A DNA stretch of 64,000 bases from NCBI GenBank assembly GCA_965218425.1, contig OZ244621.1, forward strand, positions 4,032,001 to 4,096,000. Direction: 5' to 3'. Below the pieces are notes generated by a model. That model was not told the DNA's origin and did no database searches. It worked only from the letters and a program-made list of their open reading frames with translations. Every line of letters begins with the position of its first letter. The stretch's first letter is position 1. A program made the translations under genes and the position numbers. Source of the DNA: an uncultured Candidatus Binatia bacterium. Its GTDB lineage: Bacteria; Desulfobacterota; Binatia; UBA9968; CAXXLF01. Of the stretch, positions 8,385-19,055 are shown piece by piece.

Positions 8385-8948
8385 TTAGTGGTGCTTGCCC
8401 ACGGGTCTGACCGTGCTTGCCTGGGGCCCCTTCTCCCCCTCTTCTTCAGCGAAATGCACTTCCGTCCCCACCGCCATATGCTCGAAGTGACCGTCTACCA
8501 CGCTGTTCCTATGAAAATAAATTTCTCGTCCGTCATCGGTTGCAAGAAAGCCATAGCCTTCTTGGGTAAAGACCTTACTGACTCGAGCCACGGGGACCCC
8601 TCCATGGCCCTTTACTTCACCGCGCCGGCGATGGGCGTAATCCTGCAATTGGCGACGAGCAGCGTCAAAGGCTTCTTGAATGGAGACATAAACATCTTCA
8701 TGGGTGCTATGCTTGGACGGTTCCCTGTTGATCACCACCTCCCACCCGGGCACTTTGACGTCCACGCGTACGTGATAGACTATGCCCTTGTGGTGGTGCC
8801 GATGGGGAACCTCCACAACGACCCGGCAGCTCGTAATCCTGTCATAGAACTGATCCAACTTCGCCGCCTTATCACGGATCTCCTCCTCGATGGTTTTCGA
8901 GGAATCCATGTTACGAAAGGTAATCTGCAACGCAACCGTCATAGTCAT
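8385..8948 (-). CDS. HPF/RaiA ribosome-associated protein fused to a cold-shock domain
   Basis: LQITFRNMDSS...ITSCRVVVE...AFDAARRQL plus GYGFLATDDGREIYFHRNSV...GEKGPQAS. Confidence 0.9.
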   Translation of the reverse strand: MTMTVALQITFRNMDSSKTIEEEIRDKAAKLDQFYDRITSCRVVVEVPHRHHHKGIVYHVRVDVKVPGWEVVINREPSKHSTHEDVYVSIQEAFDAARRQLQDYAHRRRGEVKGHGGVPVARVSKVFTQEGYGFLATDDGREIYFHRNSVVDGHFEHMAVGTEVHFAEEEGEKGPQASTVRPVGKHH

Positions 8949-8999
8949 TTCCTCCAGAAAAATGCTTATTCAAAAAACAATCGTATGGAACCGGGAAGG

Positions 9000-9416
9000 T
9001 TACTCTTCCATTTGTTCCAGGAAGCAACGCAAAACGTCCACGTAAGTGATAATTCCCATCAAACCGACGTCCGGATCCACCACGGGAATACCACCCACTT
9101 TCTCCTCAATCAATAGCTCCACCGCCTCTCTTAGGTCATCGTCCGGGGCCAGAGTGATGGGTTTATCGGTCATGATCGTAGCAACCTTGGTCTTCATGGC
9201 CACTTCCCGCTCCTCAAGGTAACTGAGGCTACGACCGCCGAGAAAGGATCGAATATCCCGGTCCGTGATAATCCCTATGAGCTCCTTTTCCTTGATGACC
9301 GGGAGCTGCCGAATGTTCTCCTCATCCATAATCTCCAGTGCCTGCTCTATGGAGTCCTCACCTACGACGCTCACGGGGTTGGTCGTCATCAAATGGGCCA
9401 CCTTCATCATCTGCAC
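9000..9416 (-). CDS. CBS domain pair protein
   Basis: LMTTNPVSV...IRQLPVI...GIITDRDI; second CBS IMTDKPIT...GGIPVVD...GIITYVD. Confidence 0.9.
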   Translation of the reverse strand: MQMMKVAHLMTTNPVSVVGEDSIEQALEIMDEENIRQLPVIKEKELIGIITDRDIRSFLGGRSLSYLEEREVAMKTKVATIMTDKPITLAPDDDLREAVELLIEEKVGGIPVVDPDVGLMGIITYVDVLRCFLEQMEE

Positions 9417-9563
9417 CTCCTATTCAAAGTCCCATAGACCATTCGATCCCATTGCACCCTCTTTGAAAAAATATAAGGGATATTATCAACTGCACGCAGC
9501 GGGTTGGAATACTTCTCATCTCTCATGAAATCATCTGAGCGTTTTTTTCACCGGCATTAAACC

Positions 9564-9578
9564 GCGCAATCCATGCCA
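9564..9578 (-). promoter_or_regulatory. Possible sigma54 promoter for the CBS/HPF operon
   Basis: TGGCATGGATTGCGC on the minus strand (GG-N10-GC). Confidence 0.45.
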
Positions 9579-9937
9579 ACGTTCTTGGCCCTGGAGTGGA
9601 GGAAAAACTGATTTTTTAAACAGTTAGAATTGATTTCCCGACCAGGCATTCTTATATGTAAGAAAACAAAAACTTTATATTTCATGGGCGGGAAGCTATA
9701 TCCTTGACCTTCAAAGAAACAATCAAAGCCACAGGGATAGTGCCCTAGCAGTTATAATTTCTATTCCCTTTGCCAAATTACTACCAACGATCCCTCTGTC
9801 AATATCGAACGCAGGTTCACTGCGCCAGTCCCACTGAATCATCCATATTCAATATGCTCCAATATGAATATTTTTCCAAGATTGAGAATGCACCACAATT
9901 TTTTTAATAAATTCAATGGTCTTAAGCCAGATCATAC

Positions 9938-9953
9938 TGGCATCCTTTGTGCG
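9938..9953 (+). promoter_or_regulatory. Possible sigma54 promoter for the USP operon
   Basis: TGGCATCCTTTGTGCG (GG-N10-GC). Confidence 0.5.
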
Positions 9954-10036
9954 TTTCATACACTAAGAGGAGGCTTCATAGAATCGGAGCTGATATGGAA
10001 GCTCTAGCAAGAGCCGTAGAAGAGGAGGGAATCTGC

Positions 10037-10739
10037 ATGTACACCAAGATCCTGGTTCCATCATTGGATGGTCCCGAGCGATCAGAACGGATACTCCCTC
10101 CCTCCCGCTCGCTCCACGGTGGAATCCCTTAAACTTGAGGTGGAGTCGCTGCAGGTTATCGACCCCAATGTGGCAACGGCCTTCGCAGATCCGGGACATG
10201 GCCGTTACGTGGATCGGGTGAACTCCAGCATGAGAAACAACAGCATCCACTACCTGGAGAGGATTGCCAATTCGTTCCCGGATCCGGCGAAAGTTTGCCG
10301 CAGTGTGGAGCTAGGCAACGCAGCGGAAGTCATCCCGGACAAGGCTGCGGTCCACGCGGGAACAATAATTGCCATGTCTACCTATGGCCGTTGCGGTGTC
10401 CAGCGTTGGCTCCTGGGAAGCACTGCCGACAGAGTGCTGCATGCAGCCCTTAACCCTCTGCTACTGCTCCGAGCCACCGACCAAACCCCGTTGAGTGAAA
10501 CCGGATTGTTCACAAAGATCGTGGTCCCCTTGGACGGCTCCCAACTGGCAGAACAAACTTTGCCCCATGTGGTCGAACGGGCGAAGAACCTGGGCCTGGA
10601 AGTGGTCCTGTTTCAGGTTTTCGATCCATTGTCACAAGGACCCATGCTCTATATGAAGCAGATAGGAGAGAAAATGCGAGAGGAGGCGAAGGACTACCTG
10701 GAGCTAAAAGTAAGGGGATTGGAAAAAGTGATGGACTAA
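10037..10739 (+). pseudogene. Tandem-domain universal stress protein, frameshifted and truncated
   Basis: MYTKILVP(S)LDG..ERILP in one frame, continuing in another (MSTYGRCGVQRWLLGSTADRVL; KIVVPLDGSQLAE); second domain cut short. Confidence 0.8.
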
Positions 10740-10764
10740 AGGAGGCATCCTACCTGTTGCCTCC

Positions 10765-11136
10765 GAGGCTGGGGTCCGGGTGGCCATGATCACCGGAGAT
10801 AACCGAATCACCGCAAAGGCCATCGCTCGTGATGTGGGACTCTACGGGGAATGTACAGTTGTCTTTACTGCCTTCCCTCTGCAGGAGTTCGCAGTATTAG
10901 GAATGTTGCGTTGCCGGGAGCGCACCCCGTTCTCGTCCAACCCCTGGCTTGTGGCCGCAGTAACAGTAAGCCTGAGCCTACAGATGCTGATCATCTATAC
11001 ACCATTGGCGGGGCTTTTCGGTGTAGTTCCTCTGGGACTTTTCCCCCGGCTCATTCTTATGGTCGGACTGGGGTTAGGCTACGTTATGGCTATCTTGATT
11101 GCCGATTTCGTAGTCAAGCGCCTGGGACCCATCTAG
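10765..11136 (+). pseudogene. Cation-transporting P-type ATPase remnant
   Basis: AGVRVAMITGDNRITAKAIARDVGL joined directly to C-terminal TM segments (SNPWLVAAV...LQMLIIYTP...FGVVPL). Confidence 0.8.
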
Positions 11137-11414
11137 GTTTCCTACCCCTGCTCGCTACCCCAGGACTCCTCATATTCAAAACAAAAATGTTGTACCAAGC
11201 TTAAGCCGGTGGTATCATTGAGCAAATAAAGTGAAGGGGTCTCTGTCTGATGTTGGTGAAATATCCCGCCCGACCTGGTCCTTTTGCTCAGCTTCGTTCC
11301 AGGAGCCGTTTGAGGACCATTTTGATTGTTAAATCATCCCGTCAATATTCGATCCCTCGTGACCGTTAACAGAACAGCATCAGGATTCGTGCCATTGGTG
11401 GGGAGGCCACTGCT

Positions 11415-12962
11415 TTGACTGCACATCACTTTGACGCGATCATCTTCGATCTCGACGGCGTTGTTACCGATACCGCAAAGGTTCACGCCACCGCGTGGAA
11501 AGAGCTGTTTGATGCTTACCTCAAAATGAGGGAGGGAAGGGACAAAGAAGCGTTTACTCCCTTCGATCTCGGTTCAGATTACCTCACCTACGTCGATGGA
11601 AAGCCCCGCTACGATGGGGTTCAAAGCTTTCTCGAGTCACGAAACGTTCATATTACCCGGGGGGAACCCTCCGATAAAACAGACAAAGAAACCGCCTGTG
11701 GCCTTGGAAACCAGAAGAACCGGCGGTTCAGCCAGATACTGGAGAGGGACGGGGTTGAGATTTTTCGCACCACGGTCAACCTCATCAAAGACCTGCGGGC
11801 CCAAGGCGTCAAAACGGCGATCGTATCGTCTAGCAAGAACTGTCAAGCCGTTCTCAGGATTGCCGGCCTCGAATCTCTTTTCGATAACAGGGTTGACGGA
11901 GGCGTATCAGAATCCCTTGGACTCAAGGGTAAACCGGACCCCGACATATTTATCAAGAGCGCTGAGCTTCTCGGTGTCACGCCGAGTCGAGCCGCAATCG
12001 TAGAGGACGCCATTTCCGGCGTGGAAGCAGGCCGAAGGGGGAAATTTGGTCTGGTTATTGGCGTGGACCGGCATGGGGATCCCAATAGCCTAACGGACAA
12101 CGGCGCAGATAGAGTGGTAGAAGATCTGGGAGAAATCACCATTCATGAGATAGATGAGTGGTTTGAGCAGCATGGACCCAACTTACCGTCGGCTCTCGGA
12201 CGTCTGGAAGAAATAAAGCAACGGATCGAGAAAAAAAGGGCCGTGGTTTTCTTCGATTATGACGGGACCCTGACTCCCATCGTGGAAAAGCCAGATCTAG
12301 CCATCATGTCCGAAGAGATGCGGGACGTGGTGCGTCAACTGGCTGTCACCTTGACCGTGGGAATCGTTAGCGGTCGCGCGCGTCCAAAGGTCCACAGCTT
12401 TGTTAAGCTGGATGAACTGACCTATGCGGGAAGCCACGGTTTTGATATTGCATGCCCTGGTCGATCCCAGATCCTGCACGAGGCGGGGAAACGCTTTTTG
12501 CCTGCCATTGATAAAGTCTACAAGGAAATCTCGAAACTGGTGGAACCCATTCAAGGGTCCCTGGTGGAACACGCTGGATTCTCCGTTTCCGTTCATTACC
12601 GGTTAGTCTCCGATGACCAGGTGCCACGGATGGAGAGCATGGTGGATCAACTTATCAAAGAAAATCCCACCTTACGTAAGACCCATGGCAAAAAGGTCTT
12701 CGAGATTCGACCCAAGATCGATTGGGATAAAGGCAAGGCCGTGCTGTGGATTTTAAAAGCCCTGGACCTTGATACTCCTGACGTGATGCCTTTCTATCTT
12801 GGCGATGACACCACCGATGAGGATGCCTTTCGAGCACTGGAAAAAAGAGGCATCGGCATACTGGTGACCGACGCGCCCAAATCCACAAGGGCGTCCTATA
12901 CCCTTAAGGATACGGATGAAGTCCGAAAATTTTTGCTCTCCTTAATCAATCTGGTGAAATAG
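11415..12962 (+). CDS. otsB: Beta-phosphoglucomutase-like HAD / trehalose-6-phosphate phosphatase fusion
   Basis: [10 protein letters not shown]...GKPDPDIF...[11 protein letters not shown] plus [12 protein letters not shown]...SGR...AGSHG...WDKGKAV...[10 protein letters not shown]. Confidence 0.85.
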   Translation: MTAHHFDAIIFDLDGVVTDTAKVHATAWKELFDAYLKMREGRDKEAFTPFDLGSDYLTYVDGKPRYDGVQSFLESRNVHITRGEPSDKTDKETACGLGNQKNRRFSQILERDGVEIFRTTVNLIKDLRAQGVKTAIVSSSKNCQAVLRIAGLESLFDNRVDGGVSESLGLKGKPDPDIFIKSAELLGVTPSRAAIVEDAISGVEAGRRGKFGLVIGVDRHGDPNSLTDNGADRVVEDLGEITIHEIDEWFEQHGPNLPSALGRLEEIKQRIEKKRAVVFFDYDGTLTPIVEKPDLAIMSEEMRDVVRQLAVTLTVGIVSGRARPKVHSFVKLDELTYAGSHGFDIACPGRSQILHEAGKRFLPAIDKVYKEISKLVEPIQGSLVEHAGFSVSVHYRLVSDDQVPRMESMVDQLIKENPTLRKTHGKKVFEIRPKIDWDKGKAVLWILKALDLDTPDVMPFYLGDDTTDEDAFRALEKRGIGILVTDAPKSTRASYTLKDTDEVRKFLLSLINLVK

Positions 12963-12970
12963 AGGTTTTG

Positions 12971-15364
12971 ATGAGCGAGTGGATACTTGAATACGATGGG
13001 TTCGACCAAGACCAGGAGCGTCTCCGGGAGGCCCTGTGTACCCTGGGAAATGGCTATTTTGCAACGCGTGGGGCCGCCGCAGAGGCTACAGCCACCGTCA
13101 TCCACTATCCGGCCACCTACCTTGCCGGGGGATTTAACCGGCTGACGACCGATATCGCAGGCCGATCGATTGTCAACGAAGATCTAGTCAACTTCCCCAA
13201 CTGGCTTCGTCTAACGTTCCAGCTCGACGGTGGCGAATGGTTTAACATTTTAGCCGTTGAAATCCTCTCCTACCGCCAGGAGCTTCATCTGAAAAATGGT
13301 CTGCTGGTACGCAACGTACGTTTTCGCGATAAACAGGGGAACGAATTTACGATATCAAGCCGGCGATTGGTCCATATGGGCAATCCCCACCTTGCGGCCA
13401 TGGAGACCAGTATCACCTCGGAGAACTGGTCCGGCAAGATGAAGGTAAAATCGGAATTGGACGGCTCCGTAATCAATGCCGGTGTCGATCGTTATAAACA
13501 ACTCAACTCGAAACACCTAGAGACCCTCTCCATGGGAAAAGTAAATGATGAGACCGTCCATTTACTGGTTAGAACCACCCAGTCACGCATCGAAATGGCT
13601 CAGGCCGCCAGGACTCAGCTCTTTAGTAGCAATGGTAAGCGATTGACATCGAAAACCCGCACCTACGAGGAACAGGAAACCGTCGGTCAAGAGCTCGAAT
13701 TTGACCTCGTAAAGGGAAAAACCGTCAAAGTCGAAAAGATCGTTTCCCTCTACACGTGCAGAGACAGCGCCATATCGGAGTGCTCACTGGCCGCACGTGA
13801 CGCCGTTTCAACTTGTGGGCGGTTCCGGGAGCTCCTCGAATCCCACACCAGGGCGTGGCATTCCCTGTGGCGCCGATACGACGTGGAAGTCCGTGCGCGT
13901 GACCAAGCCCAACTGGTCCTCAGACTGCATATCTTTCACCTCTTGCAGACCATATCTCCCCATACCATCGGCCTCGACGTGGGAGTGCCCGCCAGGGGTC
14001 TCCATGGTGAGGCCTACCGTGGACATATCTTCTGGGATGAGATGTTCATGTTCTTTTTCTATACCCTGAGGATCCCGGAGGTGACCCGCTCCCTACTTCT
14101 CTATCGGTACCGGCGCCTCGACGCGGCACGCTTGGGGGCTAAAGAGGCGGGCTATGAGGGCGCCATGTATCCATGGCAAAGCGGCAGCGATGGAAGCGAA
14201 GAGACCCAGAGACTTCACTTAAATCCAATCTCCGGGCGTTGGCTGGACGACCATAGCCGCCTGCAACGCCATGTCAACATCGCCATCGTTTATAACGTCT
14301 GGCAATACTACCAGGCATCCGGGGACATGGAGTTTTTGGTCTACTATGGGGCAGAGATGATGCTGGAGATCGCCCGCTTTTGGGCGAGCATCTCCACCTA
14401 CAACAAAAAGACCAAGCGCTACGAGATCAAGGGTGTCATGGGCCCTGATGAATATCACGAGAAATATCCCAATACTGAAAAGGGTGGCCTGAACAACAAC
14501 GCCTACACCAACGTCATGGCGGTCTGGCTGCTGGAACGAGCCATCGCGGTTTTGAATCTCCTGGATGAGGAACGCCGGGACGAACTGTTTGAAGAGCTGC
14601 AATTGAAAAAAGAGGAGATCGAGCGCTGGAAGGATATTACCCGCAAAATGACCGTTGTATTTCATGGCGATGGCATCATCAGTCAATTCGAAGGGTACGA
14701 TCAACTGGAGGAGTTCGACTGGGAACGCTATCGGAAGAAATACGGGAATATAGGACGCCTAGACCGGATACTGGAAGCCGAAGGAGATACCCCAGACCAC
14801 TATAAGCTATCGAAACAGGCCGATGTGCTGATGGTGTTTTACCTGCTTCCCATCGAGGAAGTGCAGCGAATTTTTCGACAACTCGGATACACTTTTGACA
14901 AGGCAACCTTTCGCAAGAACGTGGACTACTACATGGAACGAACTTCCCACGGTTCAACCCTCAGCCGGGTCGTGCATGCTTTCATCCTGGCCCATATCGA
15001 TCCGTCGAGGTTTTGGGCGTTTTTTGCCGAGGCTTTAAAATCAGACATTGCCGATATTCAGGGCGGCACCACCAAGGAAGGTATCCATCTAGGCGCCATG
15101 GCGGGTATCGATGATCTTCTTCTGGGCTGCTATGCGGGAATTGAAACCTGGGGTGAGCACATAGCGTTTGATCCAGTTCTTCCCGGCGGGATGCGAAAAC
15201 TTCACCTCAGGCTCCGCTACCGAGGGCGATGGTATGAACTCGATATGGGCAAAGGGCGTTTACGCGTGTCCGTGGGCAAAGACGGCAAGGAACCGGTCCC
15301 CATTTCAGTCAAAGGAAAGACTTACCACATCAAACCCGGCCAATCTCAGAACTTCAAGTTATAA
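12971..15364 (+). CDS. GH65 family glycoside phosphorylase (trehalose/T6P/maltose phosphorylase-like)
   Basis: EALCTLGNGYFATRG, ARGLHGEAYRGHIFWDE, VMGPDEYHE, KQADVLM, HGSTLS. Confidence 0.9.
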   Translation: MSEWILEYDGFDQDQERLREALCTLGNGYFATRGAAAEATATVIHYPATYLAGGFNRLTTDIAGRSIVNEDLVNFPNWLRLTFQLDGGEWFNILAVEILSYRQELHLKNGLLVRNVRFRDKQGNEFTISSRRLVHMGNPHLAAMETSITSENWSGKMKVKSELDGSVINAGVDRYKQLNSKHLETLSMGKVNDETVHLLVRTTQSRIEMAQAARTQLFSSNGKRLTSKTRTYEEQETVGQELEFDLVKGKTVKVEKIVSLYTCRDSAISECSLAARDAVSTCGRFRELLESHTRAWHSLWRRYDVEVRARDQAQLVLRLHIFHLLQTISPHTIGLDVGVPARGLHGEAYRGHIFWDEMFMFFFYTLRIPEVTRSLLLYRYRRLDAARLGAKEAGYEGAMYPWQSGSDGSEETQRLHLNPISGRWLDDHSRLQRHVNIAIVYNVWQYYQASGDMEFLVYYGAEMMLEIARFWASISTYNKKTKRYEIKGVMGPDEYHEKYPNTEKGGLNNNAYTNVMAVWLLERAIAVLNLLDEERRDELFEELQLKKEEIERWKDITRKMTVVFHGDGIISQFEGYDQLEEFDWERYRKKYGNIGRLDRILEAEGDTPDHYKLSKQADVLMVFYLLPIEEVQRIFRQLGYTFDKATFRKNVDYYMERTSHGSTLSRVVHAFILAHIDPSRFWAFFAEALKSDIADIQGGTTKEGIHLGAMAGIDDLLLGCYAGIETWGEHIAFDPVLPGGMRKLHLRLRYRGRWYELDMGKGRLRVSVGKDGKEPVPISVKGKTYHIKPGQSQNFKL

Positions 15365-15388
15365 GAAATAAACGCCCAACCGACTCTA

Positions 15389-18010
15389 CTAGGCGGCTTC
15401 CGCCAGAGGAGACACATCAAGGGTTAACCCTTGCGGGCCGCAATCAACCACAACCTTTGAGCGTTCGGTAACCTCACCGGCCAAGATCTCTCGTCCCAGG
15501 GCCGTCTCCAACTCCTTTTGGATCAGACGCTTTAGGGGACGTGCACCATAGGTTGGATCATAGCCGTTTTCGGCAAAGTAATCCCTGGCATTCTCAGTTA
15601 GCTCCAGAGTAATGTGACGCTCCATCAAGCGGCCACGCAGCCGTCCAAGCTGGATCTCCACGATTCTTTTGAGGTCGTTACGAGTCAGGCTATGAAAAAC
15701 CACTGTCTCATCCACACGATTTAGAAACTCCGGCCTGAACTCCTGCCGCAGGGCATCTAGAACTTCGCGCTTCATCCCCGTATAACTATCCGGATCGTCT
15801 CCACCCCGGTAGTTAAGGATATGTTGGCTACCGGCATTGGAGGTCATGATCACCACCGTGTTTTTGAAATCCACCGTACGGCCATGACCATCCGTTAATC
15901 GGCCGTCGTCCAGGATCTGCAGGAGCACATTAAACACGTCCCCATGGGCTTTTTCGATCTCGTCAAACAGAAGCACCGAATAAGGATGTCGCCGCACCGC
16001 TTCCGTAAGCTGTCCCCCTTCATCATAACCCACATAACCTGGAGGGGCACCGATGAGCCTGGCCACGGTATGTTTTTCCATATACTCCGACATGTCCAGG
16101 CGAACCATGTTGTTCTCATCGTCAAACAGAGACTCCGCTAGCGCCCGTGCAAGCTCCGTCTTACCCACTCCCGTGGGACCGAGAAAAATGAACGACCCTA
16201 TTGGCCGATTGGGATCCTTGAGACCCGAACGGGCGCGGATGACCGCGTCGGCAACCGCCTCCACGGCTTCTTCCTGACTAACCACCCGTCGGTGCAAATA
16301 CTCTCCCATGCCAAGGAGCTTCTCTTTCTCCCCCTCCATTAACCGTGCCACAGGCACTCCCGTCCAGCAGGAGACCACCTGTGCGATATCCTCCTCATCC
16401 ACTTCCTCCTTTAATAAAAGATGTGCACCTCCCTCTCTCTCCACTCGCTCATCCTCCTCCCTCAATTCTTTTTCCAGCTGAGCGAGATTCCCATATTTGA
16501 GCTCTGCCACGCGATTGAGATCGTACTCTCGTTCCGCCGCTTCTATGGTCCTGCGGGTTTCCTCGATCTTGCCCTTCAGTTCACGCAAGCGCGAGACGCT
16601 GCCCTTTTCCACTTCCCAACGAGCCCTCAAGTGATTGGCTTCCTCCTTGAGATCGGCGAGTTCCTTCTCCAGCTTTGCCAACCGATCCTGCGACGCCGCG
16701 TCCGTTTCCTTTCTTAGCGCCTCTCTTTCGATCTCCAGTTGCATCACCTGACGGGATACTTGATCCAGCTCCACGGGCATGGAGTCGATTTCCGTACGCA
16801 GCTTGGCCCCCGCTTCATCCACAAGGTCAATGGCCTTGTCGGGCAAGAAACGATCACTGATGTAGCGGTGAGAGAGTAACGCAGCGTTCACCAAGGCTGC
16901 ATCCTTGATACGGACCCCGTGATGAAGCTCATAGCGTTCCTTCAGTCCCCGCAGGATCGAAATGGTGTCCTCTACGTTAGGCTGATCGACTGCCACCGGT
17001 TGGAACCGGCGCTCAAGGGCCCGGTCCTTCTCCACATGCCGGCGGTACTCATCCAATGTGGTTGCACCGATGCAGTGGAGTTCCCCGCGCACGAGCATGG
17101 GTTTTAATAGGTTGCTGGCATCCATAGCGCCTTCCGCCGCTCCGGCGCCTACCACAGTATGCAGCTCGTCAATGAACAACACCACTTCACCAGAGGACTC
17201 CTGCACCTCTTTCAAAACCGCCTTGAGTCGTTCTTCAAATTCTCCCCTGAACTTGGCCCCCGCAACGAGGGCCCCCATATCCAGAACGACGATACGTTTG
17301 TTCTTGAGTCCCTCGGGAACGTCCCCTCGTACAACCCGCTGCGCCAGGCCTTCCACGATGGCTGTCTTCCCCACCCCGGGATCTCCAATCAGAACCGGAT
17401 TGTTTTTCGTCCGACGCGAGAGGACCTGCACCACCCGGCGAATCTCCTCATCCCGACCGATCACCGGGTCGAGCTTTCCCTGGGTCGCAAGCTGAGTGAG
17501 GTCACGACCGTAACGCTCCAACGCCTGGTAGGTGGCCTCAGGATTAGTACTGGTGACTCTGTGGTGTCCCCTCACCTTCTGTAATGCAGCAAGCAAGGCA
17601 TCGCGCTTGAGTCCTTGTTGTCTTAGCAGTGGGCCCGCCACACCCTCCTCATCCATCATGGCGAGGAGTAGATGCTCTACGCTCACATACTCATCCTTTA
17701 ACTCCCTAGCTTCATCCTCCGCGCGCGTCAGCAGACTCGCCAGCCTCTGGGTGACATAGATTTTATCGGGGCCAGCGGAAGAGCCTGATACCTGGGGGAT
17801 CCTGTTTAACGCACCCTCTAAATCTTCTTTGACTGCAGCGGTAGAAACACTCGCCTGACGTAAGATCGCGGGCACAAGACCCTCGGTTGCATCTACAAGA
17901 GCCGCAAGTAAATGTTCAACATCCACTCCTTGATGACTGCGACGTTGGGCCAGTGACTGAGCTTCCTGCAGAGCTTCCTGCGACTTCTCTGTTAATTTGT
18001 TGCTATTCAT
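15389..18010 (-). CDS. clpB: ATP-dependent chaperone ClpB
   Basis: Two AAA modules ([16 protein letters not shown]), coiled-coil middle domain, GARPLKR. Confidence 0.97.
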   Translation of the reverse strand: MNSNKLTEKSQEALQEAQSLAQRRSHQGVDVEHLLAALVDATEGLVPAILRQASVSTAAVKEDLEGALNRIPQVSGSSAGPDKIYVTQRLASLLTRAEDEARELKDEYVSVEHLLLAMMDEEGVAGPLLRQQGLKRDALLAALQKVRGHHRVTSTNPEATYQALERYGRDLTQLATQGKLDPVIGRDEEIRRVVQVLSRRTKNNPVLIGDPGVGKTAIVEGLAQRVVRGDVPEGLKNKRIVVLDMGALVAGAKFRGEFEERLKAVLKEVQESSGEVVLFIDELHTVVGAGAAEGAMDASNLLKPMLVRGELHCIGATTLDEYRRHVEKDRALERRFQPVAVDQPNVEDTISILRGLKERYELHHGVRIKDAALVNAALLSHRYISDRFLPDKAIDLVDEAGAKLRTEIDSMPVELDQVSRQVMQLEIEREALRKETDAASQDRLAKLEKELADLKEEANHLRARWEVEKGSVSRLRELKGKIEETRRTIEAAEREYDLNRVAELKYGNLAQLEKELREEDERVEREGGAHLLLKEEVDEEDIAQVVSCWTGVPVARLMEGEKEKLLGMGEYLHRRVVSQEEAVEAVADAVIRARSGLKDPNRPIGSFIFLGPTGVGKTELARALAESLFDDENNMVRLDMSEYMEKHTVARLIGAPPGYVGYDEGGQLTEAVRRHPYSVLLFDEIEKAHGDVFNVLLQILDDGRLTDGHGRTVDFKNTVVIMTSNAGSQHILNYRGGDDPDSYTGMKREVLDALRQEFRPEFLNRVDETVVFHSLTRNDLKRIVEIQLGRLRGRLMERHITLELTENARDYFAENGYDPTYGARPLKRLIQKELETALGREILAGEVTERSKVVVDCGPQGLTLDVSPLAEAA

Positions 18011-18207
18011 TATGACTCCTGAACCATGAGCTATGCTTATTCCTACCTATTTTGTAGTGCAGGCATTTCATAGGTTCTGAAAATTGCGATACTGTTTTTT
18101 GATTTTCTGAAAATTTAACCACTCATTGTGAAATGACAACCCCAAAATTTTGCGCAATGAAGACACAAAGAAATGTGGAATTTGAAGCTGAGCGATGAAG
18201 TCCTCTC

Positions 18208-18236
18208 TTGACACCTCGAGGATCGATGCTTAACTT
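18208..18236 (+). promoter_or_regulatory. sigma70-type promoter of hsp20
   Basis: TTGACA-N17-TAACTT. Confidence 0.5.
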
Positions 18237-18293
18237 TTCACTAAGTCGATGACCTGGCCAGGTCGAAAAACAATTTAGAAGGAGGATATTCCA

Positions 18294-18767
18294 ATGAGAG
18301 ATTTAGTACGCTGGAACCCTTTTCAAGAGTTGACCCATTGGCACAGGGACTTGGACGATTTCTTCGGTCTACCATTCAGTTTGGGACGAGAGGAAAACCA
18401 ACTGAGTCGTTGGTGGCCGGCTTTGGACGGCTATGAAAAGGATGGAAAGTATTTCATTCGTCTGGATTTACCAGGTGTAGAAGCAAAAGAGGTGGAAGTT
18501 GTTGTGGAAGGCGACTCTCTGATCATCAAGGGAGAGAGAAAAAACGAGAAGGAGGTGGATGAGAAGAATTACTTCTATCGTGAAACCTCTGCCGGCCGAT
18601 TCGAGCGCCGGGTTGCCCTGCCTAAAGGCGTGGACGCGAGCAAGATCGAAGCCCGCTTTGAAAAGGGAGTTATCGAGATTTCCGTGCCGCTTCCAGTTCA
18701 CCTCGCTGCGAAGAAGGTGCAGATTCAAATCGAGGATGAAAAAAGCGGTCAGAACAAAGCAGCCTGA
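18294..18767 (+). CDS. Hsp20/alpha-crystallin small heat shock protein
   Basis: LDLPGVE...LIIKGERK...GRFERRVALP...ARFEKGVIEISVP; AAGGAGG RBS. Confidence 0.93.
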   Translation: MRDLVRWNPFQELTHWHRDLDDFFGLPFSLGREENQLSRWWPALDGYEKDGKYFIRLDLPGVEAKEVEVVVEGDSLIIKGERKNEKEVDEKNYFYRETSAGRFERRVALPKGVDASKIEARFEKGVIEISVPLPVHLAAKKVQIQIEDEKSGQNKAA

Positions 18768-18793
18768 AAGTCGCTGCTAAAATTCTGGTGACC

Positions 18794-18828
18794 AAAAGGG
18801 GGACCCTCCGCAAGGGGGGTCCCTTTTT
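18794..18828 (+). terminator. Rho-independent terminator
   Basis: GGGACCCTCC-GCAA-GGGGGGTCCC followed by TTTTT. Confidence 0.85.
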
Positions 18829-18996
18829 ATATTTAGGCTGATTTACCGCCTAATCTTTACTTTCATCATCAGATCCATTTCACCCGCCACTTTCACAGCC
18901 ATCACCATTCGACCATTCCGACGAATTCAAATTCATTTTCCACCGAAAGACTCACTGAAAATCCCAAGAATTCGAGCCTTTTTTCGTAGGCAGAAT

Positions 18997-19011
18997 TGGC
19001 ACGCTATATGC
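18997..19011 (+). promoter_or_regulatory. sigma54 promoter
   Basis: TGGCACGCTATATGC upstream of the periplasmic protein gene next to a sigma54 activator. Confidence 0.7.
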
Positions 19012-19055
19012 CATACATAGTGACAGAGGAATTCGACGGAAAGGAGGGAATGGTT

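Noticed and set aside
8364..9116. 250-aa plus-strand ORF and similar long overlapping ORFs elsewhere (for example 33488..34324, 29684..30367)
   Set aside because: Antisense shadows of well-supported genes.
18011..18293. CIRCE or HAIR heat-shock operators between clpB and hsp20
   Set aside because: Neither TTAGCACTC-N9-GAGTGCTAA nor CTTGAGT-N7-ACTCAAG is present.
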